This document shows positions 30,532 through 40,390 of a stretch of 64,000 nucleotides of DNA, piece after piece. The stretch comes from an uncultured Bacillales bacterium (GTDB lineage Bacteria; Bacillota_I; Bacilli_A; RF39; UBA660), in assembly GCA_946615975.1 (NCBI GenBank), contig CAMOID010000001.1, forward strand, positions 66,638-130,637, read 5' to 3'. A program made the translations under genes and the position numbers. The notes beneath the pieces were generated by a model that saw only the letters and a list, made by a program, of their open reading frames with translations, was not told the origin of the DNA and searched no databases. The first letter of the stretch is position 1; each line of letters begins with the position of its first letter.

Positions 30532-31347
30532 ATGAAGAAGAATATTTTTATAGTCGGATTTTTTATTCTTGTAATAATATTATTAGTTGTTTTGGTTAAA
30601 ATAGAAAAAGCTGGCTCAAGAGTTATTGAAGTTAACTATTCTGATTTATCAACTAAGATGGCTGAATATAAAGAAGGCTTAATATATGTTCCTTCAAATA
30701 ATGAAGATAGTACATTTGTTGATTTCTTTAAAAAAGAATATAAAATTAAAGTATTAAAAACTAAAATGACACTTAATGAATTAAGTGATTTAATTAAATC
30801 ATCTAATTTAGATATTGATGCTAAATTACCAATGTTTATAATATTTGATGAAGGAAAAGTAATAGGCGGATTTGAAGCCGAAATTACTGAAAAAGAAGCA
30901 AATGAAATGTTTAGATACTATTATTTTAATGAAATACCTTCTAAGATGATTTATTATAAAACACTTAGTACTGCTGAAGAATATATAAAAAAGGTAAATA
31001 GTAATGATTTAACTGTAGCTGTATTTGGATATGATGCTTGTTCATATTGTAATTTATATAAACCAGTATTTAATAAAGTAGCAAAAGATTATAATTTAAA
31101 TATATATTATTTTGATTCAGATAAGTATAATGAAGAAGAATATCTTAAGATATTAGATTTAGATTTAACTATACCTGCATCTTGTACTGTAGATGGTAAT
31201 GAAACTAGTCTAAAGAAAGGTTTCCCAAAACCAATGACATTAGTTACTAAAAAAGGTAAATTAGTTGGATGTATTAAAGGTTATGTTAATGAAGATAGTT
31301 TAGTTAAAAAACTAAAAGAGTTTAAAGTATTGGAGAGTGGTAAGTAA
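30532..31347 (+). CDS. Membrane-anchored thioredoxin-fold protein (two Trx-like halves, one CxxC)
   Basis: N-terminal TM segment; 'VAVFGYDACSYCNLYKPVF' CxxC motif in the second half. Confidence 0.6.
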   Translation: MKKNIFIVGFFILVIILLVVLVKIEKAGSRVIEVNYSDLSTKMAEYKEGLIYVPSNNEDSTFVDFFKKEYKIKVLKTKMTLNELSDLIKSSNLDIDAKLPMFIIFDEGKVIGGFEAEITEKEANEMFRYYYFNEIPSKMIYYKTLSTAEEYIKKVNSNDLTVAVFGYDACSYCNLYKPVFNKVAKDYNLNIYYFDSDKYNEEEYLKILDLDLTIPASCTVDGNETSLKKGFPKPMTLVTKKGKLVGCIKGYVNEDSLVKKLKEFKVLESGK

Positions 31348-31805
31348 TGGCTAAAGGTTGTTTAACATTAGTAAAAGATTTTGTGGATAAATATCCATAT
31401 GGTATTTGTTGGAGAATAAAAAAGCATTGTAAGATTATTGATATGCATTTAAATCCTAATGAAGAAATTCAATTTGTTTGTTGTGGACAATTAAACAATG
31501 AACCTTGGGGATTAATTGATAGTGCAGTTCTTGCAATTACAAATGAAAGAATTATGATTGGTCATAAGAAAATTTTGCCTGGTTATAAGTTTATTTCTAT
31601 TACTCCAGATTTATATAATGATATGTCTGTTATCTCATCTATTTTCTGGGGTACTGTTGTAATTGATACTGTAAAAGAAGTAATTTATTTATCTAACTTA
31701 GATAAAAAATGTTTGCCTGAAGTTGAAACAAAGATTACTACTTTCATGATGGATATGAAGAAGAAATACGGTAAAGATGAAAAAGAAGAAGATTCTAAAG
31801 AATAG
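31347..31805 (+). CDS. Small cytoplasmic protein, possibly a bacterial PH (YokE-like) domain
   Basis: Start overlaps the previous stop (TAATG). The central 'AVLAITNERIMIG' region resembles bPH folds by eye only. Confidence 0.45.
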   Translation: MAKGCLTLVKDFVDKYPYGICWRIKKHCKIIDMHLNPNEEIQFVCCGQLNNEPWGLIDSAVLAITNERIMIGHKKILPGYKFISITPDLYNDMSVISSIFWGTVVIDTVKEVIYLSNLDKKCLPEVETKITTFMMDMKKKYGKDEKEEDSKE

Positions 31806-31828
31806 AATCTTTTTATATAGGAGAATTT

Positions 31829-32905
31829 ATGAAAAAAATAGTAGTATTAGCGATATCTTTTATATTACTTATCATATGTGTAATAGTATTTACTAATAAA
31901 GAAAGAACTTATGTCTTAGATTACGATAAAGATGGCTATAAAGTAGTAGAAAGATATGATGGTAATTATTTCACTTTTAATATTTCTAAAGATAATATTA
32001 ATGTAGATTTTGCTTATGAACATAAATACACAACTAAAAGAAAATTAGTTGAAGAAATTAATTGTTATGAAGAAGAATCTGGTTATACTCTTTGTAAGTT
32101 AAAAGTTTTTAATGAAACAAAAATGGTTCAAATAAAAGATAATAAATTATATTCAATTTTATATGAAAACGATGAAGTAAAAAATGATGCTAATATTAAA
32201 AAGGTTGATAATATAACTCTTAATGATGATTCATCAACAATATTAATCTGGACATCATATGGATTTAAAGATATTATTCATAATAAAGAATATAATTTTA
32301 TTGATAAAGAACAATATGATAATCCTTTGACATATCAATTAGGTAATTATTTATTAATACCTGATTATAATCAAAGTAAATCTTTTAATGTTTTTTATAT
32401 AATTGATGTTAAAAATCAAAAGATTAATAAATGGAAATTAAAATATAATATTTCTTTTGATTCATACTTTTTAGGTGATAAAGATAACTTGATATATTTA
32501 TTTGATAAAGAAAATGAAAAAGAATATACATTGAATATAGATAAGAAACAAATGAAAAAAATATCTAATTCAAATGGTGGTATTGCATTTGAAGGAAGAG
32601 AAATTAATTATTCATTGTCAGATTTAAAATATAAGAATATAACATTTAAGAATAATAATATATTTAATTACTATATTAGAGATAATAAATTATATTATAA
32701 TTATTATGGATCTACTAAAGAAATAAATGTTATTAAAAATTTAGATGTTAAAAAGATTATTAGTTTAGATAATAAAGGTAATGCTTTTGTATTATCTGGT
32801 GATTCAATTTACTATGTAGAAAATTCAGGTAATTACAGAAAAATCGCATCATATTTTGAATGGAATTTTAGTGCTGATAATAAAGTATTTATATTCAATA
32901 ACTAA
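31829..32905 (+). CDS. Membrane-anchored extracytoplasmic protein, unknown function
   Basis: N-terminal TM segment, N/K/Y-rich beta-rich ectodomain, RBS 'aggag'. Confidence 0.5.
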   Translation: MKKIVVLAISFILLIICVIVFTNKERTYVLDYDKDGYKVVERYDGNYFTFNISKDNINVDFAYEHKYTTKRKLVEEINCYEEESGYTLCKLKVFNETKMVQIKDNKLYSILYENDEVKNDANIKKVDNITLNDDSSTILIWTSYGFKDIIHNKEYNFIDKEQYDNPLTYQLGNYLLIPDYNQSKSFNVFYIIDVKNQKINKWKLKYNISFDSYFLGDKDNLIYLFDKENEKEYTLNIDKKQMKKISNSNGGIAFEGREINYSLSDLKYKNITFKNNNIFNYYIRDNKLYYNYYGSTKEINVIKNLDVKKIISLDNKGNAFVLSGDSIYYVENSGNYRKIASYFEWNFSADNKVFIFNN

Positions 32906-32973
32906 AGAATAATATAATATATATTATTCTTTTTTTATGTTATAATATAGACATAATAGGAGGCTGGTCTAAA

Positions 32974-34569
32974 GTGATAATTAGAAAACCGTATGCATTT
33001 ATAATTAGACATTTTAAAGTTATCAATTTAGTTATCGCTGGATGTATTGCCTTCTTATCTGTAAATGCTACTAACTTACAACAACAATTTATTGATTTGA
33101 AGACTAGTAAGATGTATACATATGCTGGTGCTGAATATTTAATAAGTAATAATATATTCTTATTTGTAGTAGTAGGTTTAATATTAACTGGATTAGTTTA
33201 TTATTTATTAAAAGAAAAAAAGAAACCAACGAGAGCTTATTTAGGAACATTAGCATATTTTATTGGTACTGCTTTATTAATTTTTTATTTAAAAAGTGTA
33301 TGTAATAATTTAGTAAATGGAACAGTAACTGATTCTACATTATCTCTTGCAAGAGATGCATCAATGATGATTAGATATGTAGGTTTTGGTTTATTCTGTG
33401 TTATCTTTGTACGTGGTATTGGTTTTAATTTAGGACAATTTAATTTCTCTAAAGATATAAGAGAAATGAAGATAGTTGAAGAAGATTCTGCTGAATTCGA
33501 AGTAATGATTGGCCAAAACAATTATAAGTATGCTAGAGGATTAAGAAGATTTTTAAGAGAGTGCAAATATTATTTCTTAGAGAATTTAGTATATTTTGAG
33601 TTGCTAGGTGGTTTATTAGTAATTGCTTGTGGTATATATGGTTTATATTACTATAAAACATATTTAGATAGAGCTAAACAAGAAGCAGTTATGACAGTTG
33701 CTGGTATTAATTATACTGTTAATGGAGCTTATATAACTGGTGAAGATTATAATGGTAATGTTGTTAAAGAAGGTTCTAGATTTGTTGTAGTTAATATGTC
33801 TTTAACAAATGTATCATTTGCTGATGCTGTATTAGATTTAACTAAGATAAGTATTCAAAGTGGTAAGATTGAATTCTTCCCAACATTGAATTATAATTCT
33901 AAATTCTATGATTTAGGTGTTCCTTATCAAGATAAACAAAATTTAGTATCAGGAGTACCAGTAGATGTAACTCTTACATTTGAAGTACCAAGTACTACTA
34001 ATGTTAGAAATTGGACTTTAAGAATTCAAGATTCAGTAGATAATAGTGGATTAAAAGTATTAGTAATGTATAGAAAATTTAAAATTACTACTAAAGATAT
34101 TGATTCAGAAGATAGAGACAGTGGTTTTAGTGTAGGACAAGATATTAAAGTAAATACAGTTAATCATAATATGTTTAAAATGAATGTTCAAAAGTATGAT
34201 ATTCTTGAAAAATTCGAAATACCATATGCATTATGTAATAATAAAATGGTATGTAATTTACAAAGAAAAATTATTGAACCTTCAAGAAATAGTGCTGATA
34301 TGATGTTAATGTTAAATCTTGATCATACTATGTATGATGATGCATATTTTACTAAAACATTTACTACATTAAATGATGTATTTGCTAATTATGCTACTGT
34401 TATATATACTGTTGGAACTAAAGAATATAAAGAAAAAGGTGTATTAGTAAGTAAAGAAAATGTTGATAATTATGTATTCTTACAAGTTAATAGAAGAATT
34501 AAACAAGCAAGAGATGTTAAAGTAAAATTTGATTTTAGAAATCAAAAGTATTATTTAAACCTTAATTAA
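32974..34569 (+). CDS. Polytopic membrane protein with a C-terminal Ig-like (DUF4352-like) ectodomain (GTG start)
   Basis: About 5 TM segments; 'GSRFVVVNMSLTN...VPVDVTLTFEVPS' resembles DUF4352 beta-sandwich proteins. Confidence 0.5.
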   Translation: MIIRKPYAFIIRHFKVINLVIAGCIAFLSVNATNLQQQFIDLKTSKMYTYAGAEYLISNNIFLFVVVGLILTGLVYYLLKEKKKPTRAYLGTLAYFIGTALLIFYLKSVCNNLVNGTVTDSTLSLARDASMMIRYVGFGLFCVIFVRGIGFNLGQFNFSKDIREMKIVEEDSAEFEVMIGQNNYKYARGLRRFLRECKYYFLENLVYFELLGGLLVIACGIYGLYYYKTYLDRAKQEAVMTVAGINYTVNGAYITGEDYNGNVVKEGSRFVVVNMSLTNVSFADAVLDLTKISIQSGKIEFFPTLNYNSKFYDLGVPYQDKQNLVSGVPVDVTLTFEVPSTTNVRNWTLRIQDSVDNSGLKVLVMYRKFKITTKDIDSEDRDSGFSVGQDIKVNTVNHNMFKMNVQKYDILEKFEIPYALCNNKMVCNLQRKIIEPSRNSADMMLMLNLDHTMYDDAYFTKTFTTLNDVFANYATVIYTVGTKEYKEKGVLVSKENVDNYVFLQVNRRIKQARDVKVKFDFRNQKYYLNLN

Positions 34570-34614
34570 TTATTGAAATGGTTATTTTATCGTGATATAA
34601 TCATTTCATGTAAC

Positions 34615-34688
34615 GGAGCTTTAGCCAAGTGGTAAGGCAAGGGACTGCAACTCCCTGAGCACCAGTTCGAATCTGGTAGGCTCCTCCA
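34615..34688 (+). tRNA. tRNA-Cys (GCA)
   Basis: Acceptor ggagctt/aggctcc (one G-U pair), anticodon stem aggga/tccct, loop ctGCAac, T-arm accag-ttcgaat-ctggt, encoded CCA. TGaTATAAT promoter at about 34592-34600. Confidence 0.9.
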
Positions 34689-34721
34689 TTAAAAAATAAA
34701 AGAGACTATTAAGTCTCTTTT

Positions 34722-36614
34722 TTATTTTTTTATACTTTTTCTTTTTCCTATTTCTATTTCATAGTCATCTAATGATCTACGTTTTTGGTTTATTTCTTCT
34801 GTTACCATATCAATGTATTCATTATATGATTTAACATCTTCTTCAGTATATTTATTTAATACAAATTTCTTTATACATCTATTTGCAACATTATCTGCAT
34901 ATCTTCTTAATGGAGATGTTACATGTGAATAATAATCAATACCTAATCCATAGTGACCATCATTAATTCTTGTATAGTATGCTCTAGGGAATAGGTTTTT
35001 AATCATTTCTAAGTCTTTTACCATTTGATCTGTTCTTTGTCGTAGTTTTAATCTTTCTTGTAGGTCTGTTAGTTCTTGAATTTGTTCTTCATCTACAACG
35101 TGACATCTATATATAAATGGTAATTCTTTTTCATCAAATAATTTTGCAACATTATAATTTGCATATATCATTGCTGATTCAACAATACCTCTTGATACAG
35201 ATGAATCTCTTAAATTATGGAACTCATGATAAATAAGATCTTCATTATAAACTTGTTTTAATATAGATGATACTTGATTTAAAAGTATTAAAGTTTCTTC
35301 TATATTTTTATCATATGTTCCATGTCTTAAAATATAATCGAATTGATCATAAGTCATATTCTTTGTTATTACTATAGGTTCTGCTTTAATATCAAATTTT
35401 ATAATATTACCCGTTCTTGAATCTATATCGAAATAATATGACATACTATATGTTCTTTTACCTTCATTTAATCCCATTAAGTCTTTAGATAGATTTAAAG
35501 GATACATTGGTATACATCCATCTTCAATATATAAAGATCTAGTTCTTTTTCTAGCTTCATCATTAATTATTGAATCTTCACTTATGTATGCTGTAGGATC
35601 AGCTATATGAACTCCTAAATGATATATACCATCTTCAAATGAAATAGATAAACCATCGTCTATTTCACATGCTCCTTCACCATCAAATGTATATATTTGT
35701 TTATTATATTTTGGTTCTTCAATTTGTTGATTTGCTATATATATTTGTTTTGCTTCTGATTTATGAGCTTCTTTAAATACATCATGAACTTCATATTTAT
35801 AATTTAAATATGAATATGTTTCTTCTTCTTTGTCACCATTTAATTTTATAAATGCTGAATTAGTATAAAAGTATAATTTTTCTTTTGCTCTTTGTGATGT
35901 TAATCTGCTATGATTTTCTCTAAATTTAATTATTTTGTTTAAAAGTAATTCTTTTTCAACTTCAGATATATTAAATTTATCTGATTCAAGTATTGTAGTT
36001 AATACTTTATCATAATAAATAAGATCATCTAATGGTCCTAGGTTGGGCTTAGATATATAATCGTGTAATGCTTCTAAGTATTTATTTAATACTACTTCTA
36101 TAAGTGGTATTCCTTTTTTATTAACTGAATTTGCCATATGTGGGAATTTTTCACATGCTGTTCTAAAAAAGTTTATATTTTTTAAATCAAATATAATGTA
36201 GTAAATATATTCTTCTTTGGATGGATCATATTCAATAGGACTATTATAGTAAATACGTAACATAGTATCTTCCATTTTATTCATTATTCTATGAAGTGAT
36301 CCTATTTTAGCTCTTTGTTTTTCTGTTAATCCCTCTTTTGGTATTGTATGTAATATATTTTTCATTTCATTATTGATATAAGTAAATCTATCATATAATT
36401 GAATTTGCATTTCTTTAGTATCTCTTAAGTTATTAACTAAGATATCAAATGCCTTATAAAGATAATCATAATCTGTTTCTTCATTTAAATTAAAATTTAA
36501 TACTTCATCTTCTAAAATATCTACTATAGCAGTAGATACTTTATTTTTATTGTGAGTCAATAATTCTACATTGTCTGATAATAAAATATTTTTAATATGT
36601 TGATTATATGCCAT
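34722..36614 (-). CDS. Atypical RNB-domain (RNase II/R family) protein with a novel about 300-aa N-terminal region and no CSD/S1 domains
   Basis: 'FDGEGACEIDDGLS' (compare [16 protein letters not shown] in the rnr gene of this window) and 'HYGLGIDYYSHVTSPLRRYADNV'. Confidence 0.75.
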   Translation of the reverse strand: MAYNQHIKNILLSDNVELLTHNKNKVSTAIVDILEDEVLNFNLNEETDYDYLYKAFDILVNNLRDTKEMQIQLYDRFTYINNEMKNILHTIPKEGLTEKQRAKIGSLHRIMNKMEDTMLRIYYNSPIEYDPSKEEYIYYIIFDLKNINFFRTACEKFPHMANSVNKKGIPLIEVVLNKYLEALHDYISKPNLGPLDDLIYYDKVLTTILESDKFNISEVEKELLLNKIIKFRENHSRLTSQRAKEKLYFYTNSAFIKLNGDKEEETYSYLNYKYEVHDVFKEAHKSEAKQIYIANQQIEEPKYNKQIYTFDGEGACEIDDGLSISFEDGIYHLGVHIADPTAYISEDSIINDEARKRTRSLYIEDGCIPMYPLNLSKDLMGLNEGKRTYSMSYYFDIDSRTGNIIKFDIKAEPIVITKNMTYDQFDYILRHGTYDKNIEETLILLNQVSSILKQVYNEDLIYHEFHNLRDSSVSRGIVESAMIYANYNVAKLFDEKELPFIYRCHVVDEEQIQELTDLQERLKLRQRTDQMVKDLEMIKNLFPRAYYTRINDGHYGLGIDYYSHVTSPLRRYADNVANRCIKKFVLNKYTEEDVKSYNEYIDMVTEEINQKRRSLDDYEIEIGKRKSIKK

Positions 36615-36723
36615 TTATAAACCTCCCTGATTATATCTAATTATATTATATCAACTTAATATAACTTTTTATAGATAAGTTTACAGTAATAGAGTTATAA
36701 TAGTATTTGAAAGGCGTGATGAT

Positions 36724-37647
36724 ATGAAGACTTGTGCAGTTATATATAATCCTAATAGTGGACATACACTTCATCATGCTGACATGTCTAAATATAAAAA
36801 GATAATAGAAAAATATGGATATTCACCAACTTTCATTGGTACTCAATATCGTGGACATGCTAAAGAAATAGTTAGTCATCTAGGATATGTAGACTTAGTC
36901 ATATCAATGGGTGGCGATGGAACTTTTAATGAAGTAGTGTATGGAAATATACAAAGAAAAAGAAGATTAATTCTTGCACATATTCCTGTAGGTACAACAA
37001 ATGATGTTGGTACAATGTTTGGATATGGTAAAGATATAGCTGAAAACTTAAAATTATGTTTAAGTGGAGAAGTTAAAGAAATAGATATTCCTATGGTTAA
37101 TAATAGACCATTTGTATATGTATGTGGATTTGGTAAGTTTATGCAAATACCATATGAAACACCTAGAGAAGAAAAAAAGAAATATGGACATTTAGCATAT
37201 GTTTGGAATGGTATAAAAGACTTCTTTACTGTTACTAAAAGTTATAATATTTCTTTTGAAGTAGATGGTGTAGAGAAAACTGGTAAGTATTCACTTATGT
37301 TAATAGGATCTGCTACAAGAATAGCAGGTATGGATAATTTCTTTAGAGATGTTAAATTAAATGATGATAAATTTGAAATATTACTTTGTACATATACTAA
37401 GAGACTAGATATATTAAAAGCATTTGCTCAAGTGTTTGCTGTAGGTGCTGAACATGTAGGTGGATTTGAATATTATAAAGCTTCAAGAATTGATATTGTA
37501 TTTGATAAACATCCACATAAAGCTTGGTGTGTTGATGGAGAAAAACTTGAAATAAGAACTCTTAAATATAGTATAAAGAACGAAAAGAGTATAAAAATAT
37601 TATTACCTAAAAAGAATTTAAAGAAATTATTTGTTGAAGATAAATAA
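36724..37647 (+). CDS. dagK: Diacylglycerol/lipid kinase (YegS/DagK family)
   Basis: 'NPNSG', 'VISMGGDGTFNEVV', 'IPVGTTNDVG'. Confidence 0.85.
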   Translation: MKTCAVIYNPNSGHTLHHADMSKYKKIIEKYGYSPTFIGTQYRGHAKEIVSHLGYVDLVISMGGDGTFNEVVYGNIQRKRRLILAHIPVGTTNDVGTMFGYGKDIAENLKLCLSGEVKEIDIPMVNNRPFVYVCGFGKFMQIPYETPREEKKKYGHLAYVWNGIKDFFTVTKSYNISFEVDGVEKTGKYSLMLIGSATRIAGMDNFFRDVKLNDDKFEILLCTYTKRLDILKAFAQVFAVGAEHVGGFEYYKASRIDIVFDKHPHKAWCVDGEKLEIRTLKYSIKNEKSIKILLPKKNLKKLFVEDK

Positions 37648-37656
37648 AAAAGCATA

Positions 37657-40269
37657 CTATTTAGTATGCTTTTTCTTTTTCTTTGGTTTCTTTTTAATTA
37701 AACCTTTAAATTTCTCTTTTATCTTTTCTCCAAATACTTTATCTATTATTAGAATTGATATACCAAATATAGATAATAATAAACTTGGTATAAAATATGG
37801 AATCTTATATTTAAATGTTATATTGTGTTTTCCAGGTCCAACATAGAATGATAAGAATGCATTTCCTAGTGGAGTGGTTTTTACTTGTTCTCCATCTACG
37901 TATACTTTCCATCCTTCATCATATGGTATAGAAGTATATACTAGTTTATTTTCATCTACTTCTATTGTTGCTTCTATATTTGATTCTTTAAATGATTTAA
38001 TATCTAATTTATTTTCTAATAATTTTTTATATCCTTTTTCAAACTCTTCATGATTAATTGTATATACTGTAGGATTTGAATTGTAGTAATATGTGTAATC
38101 TACAAATATTACAATTTTATCATCTTGAGAAGCTATATTAATTATTTTTGGTTCACCATAATCTTCTAAATAAGAATAATCTAAATCATAATCAATGCTA
38201 GCATATGCATCTCCATCATAGTATAATGCACTTCCTATTTGAACAAAGTTAAATGATCCTTCTCTAGAATAAAAATACATTTGATCTCCAGTATTTTTAT
38301 ATTCAAATCTAACTAATGTATTTGAATCATCTTCATATACTACATCTTTTGATAATGGTTTAGCTTCATCAAATGGCTTATAACCTGTGGCTTTATAGAA
38401 GAAATCATTTTGAACATCAAATGGATTTGCACTTTCATATAACCATTCATCTAATTTAGTATCTGTTGCAAATCCTAAACCAACATTGTAATTAAATTTA
38501 GAAATTGTAAAATCTGTTGTATTTTCTAATTTGTATCTTTTCTTATCATTAGTGAAGCCAAATATATATTTCATATCTAAGATAATATCATTTACTGGAG
38601 TTGTTTCAGAATATTGATAACTATTTATGTTATTTCCAGAATATCCTAATCTATCCATTAAATGTGATAATGATTCATATGCCATTGAACTAAATGTTGA
38701 AACACCATTGTAACCATACCATGATGCATCATTTAATGTAAGCATATTAGTTGTATCTATACGATAGAATTTATCAGTTTCTGTTTTATCTAAATAATGT
38801 AATTCTTGTAATCTTGTTTCATAATCACTATAGAAATTTGCTTTTATTTGAGTTATATCCCAGTTAGTATTTATTGATACACATGCATCCATACATACTA
38901 CGAAAATTAATGCTACATAAAATATTTTTTTGAAGTTTGGTAATATAACAATTGCTGTATAAAATAAGAAATATAAAGTTAATATAATCATATTTATATA
39001 ACACATATTAGTTGTTATATTTTCCCAAGTTTCAGTTGATGCTAGTAATAATAATGACATTAAGAATAAATATGCAATTATCATTACTGGGAATTTTATT
39101 TTTCTCATATTAACAAGTGAATATGCCATAATGATACACATTATAAATGAATATATAAATGAGTATCTATATGGTAAGTCATTTGGAACATGAAATGCTT
39201 GTAATATAAAGTCTAAAGGTGCATAGAAGAATGCAGCTATAAAGAAACCTAGTAATAATAAATATATTATTTTATTTTTGAATTTAATATCTAAATTCAT
39301 TAAATAACATAGTAATGCAGCAACTGATAATATTCCACATGAAATATTTGGCGCTGTTATTACATCAGATCCAAATGTTGTTGTTTGAACACCAGTTAGA
39401 TGCATTTTAATATAATCTATTAATAGAAAATCATAATATTGAGTTTTTGGTATTGATCCACCTGTTGCTGATATTGATTGCATTGAAGTAAACATAGGAA
39501 TCAAGAATACTGCTGATATACATCCAGCTAGTAATGATCCTATTGCAAATAACCAACATCTATCAAATATATCTATTAGTATTTGTTTGAATTTATTACC
39601 TTTAATTTTTAATTTATATAATCCATATAATATAAAATATAAAACTGAATATATACAAATCATATATGCTATAAAATAATTTGCTATTAACATTATTGAT
39701 AATGTTATTGTATAGAACTTCCAAGTTTTCTTATTAATAATATTTTCTATACCTAGTGTTATAAGTGGTAATAAATACATACCATCTATCCACATTAGAT
39801 TCCAATAATATGATTGATAGTATGCACAGAAACCATATGCTATACCAGGTAATATCATATATAATTCTTTGTTATTAAATTTCTTTGTTAAATAATATGT
39901 CATAAAAGTAGAAGCAAGTACTGCTTTTAATCCTATTATTAATGAATAAGATTCTAATAAATTTGTTTTAGAAAATAATAATAACAATATATTTATAGGA
40001 CTACTCATATAATTTAAAAAATTTCTAAAGAATGGTAATCCCATACCCATACTAAATGAGTATATTAAATTACTACCTGATAGTATTCTATCGTGTAGTT
40101 CTCCCATCATAGGTCCATATTGATGAAAGAAGTCTACACATAGTAATGATTTTTCACCAAATGGTGTAACCTTATTTATAATATATGAAATAATTATTAT
40201 TAATGTACTTAATATGAAAGTATATAGATATATTCTATTATTTATAAAAAAGTTCTTTATCTTTTTCAT
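37657..40269 (-). CDS. yfhO: YfhO-family polytopic membrane glycosyltransferase
   Basis: 870 aa with about 13 N-terminal TM segments, a large C-terminal ectodomain and a final TM segment; typical YfhO architecture. Convergent bidirectional hairpin aagcatact/agtatgctt at 37650-37672. Confidence 0.75.
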   Translation of the reverse strand: MKKIKNFFINNRIYLYTFILSTLIIIISYIINKVTPFGEKSLLCVDFFHQYGPMMGELHDRILSGSNLIYSFSMGMGLPFFRNFLNYMSSPINILLLLFSKTNLLESYSLIIGLKAVLASTFMTYYLTKKFNNKELYMILPGIAYGFCAYYQSYYWNLMWIDGMYLLPLITLGIENIINKKTWKFYTITLSIMLIANYFIAYMICIYSVLYFILYGLYKLKIKGNKFKQILIDIFDRCWLFAIGSLLAGCISAVFLIPMFTSMQSISATGGSIPKTQYYDFLLIDYIKMHLTGVQTTTFGSDVITAPNISCGILSVAALLCYLMNLDIKFKNKIIYLLLLGFFIAAFFYAPLDFILQAFHVPNDLPYRYSFIYSFIMCIIMAYSLVNMRKIKFPVMIIAYLFLMSLLLLASTETWENITTNMCYINMIILTLYFLFYTAIVILPNFKKIFYVALIFVVCMDACVSINTNWDITQIKANFYSDYETRLQELHYLDKTETDKFYRIDTTNMLTLNDASWYGYNGVSTFSSMAYESLSHLMDRLGYSGNNINSYQYSETTPVNDIILDMKYIFGFTNDKKRYKLENTTDFTISKFNYNVGLGFATDTKLDEWLYESANPFDVQNDFFYKATGYKPFDEAKPLSKDVVYEDDSNTLVRFEYKNTGDQMYFYSREGSFNFVQIGSALYYDGDAYASIDYDLDYSYLEDYGEPKIINIASQDDKIVIFVDYTYYYNSNPTVYTINHEEFEKGYKKLLENKLDIKSFKESNIEATIEVDENKLVYTSIPYDEGWKVYVDGEQVKTTPLGNAFLSFYVGPGKHNITFKYKIPYFIPSLLLSIFGISILIIDKVFGEKIKEKFKGLIKKKPKKKKKHTK

Positions 40270-40390
40270 ATTATCACCATAGTAATTATAACAATTAAAA
40301 GTGAATAAAAAAACCTAAAAATATATTTTACTTGCTAAAATTAAACATTTGTTGTATTATTTTATAGTTATTAAAAAAGGAGTGGAATTT

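Noticed and set aside
37631-37846. 71-aa + strand ORF, and the 37473-37655 - strand ORF
   Set aside because: Both overlap the convergent ends of dagK and yfhO and include the bidirectional terminator hairpin, so they are shadow ORFs.
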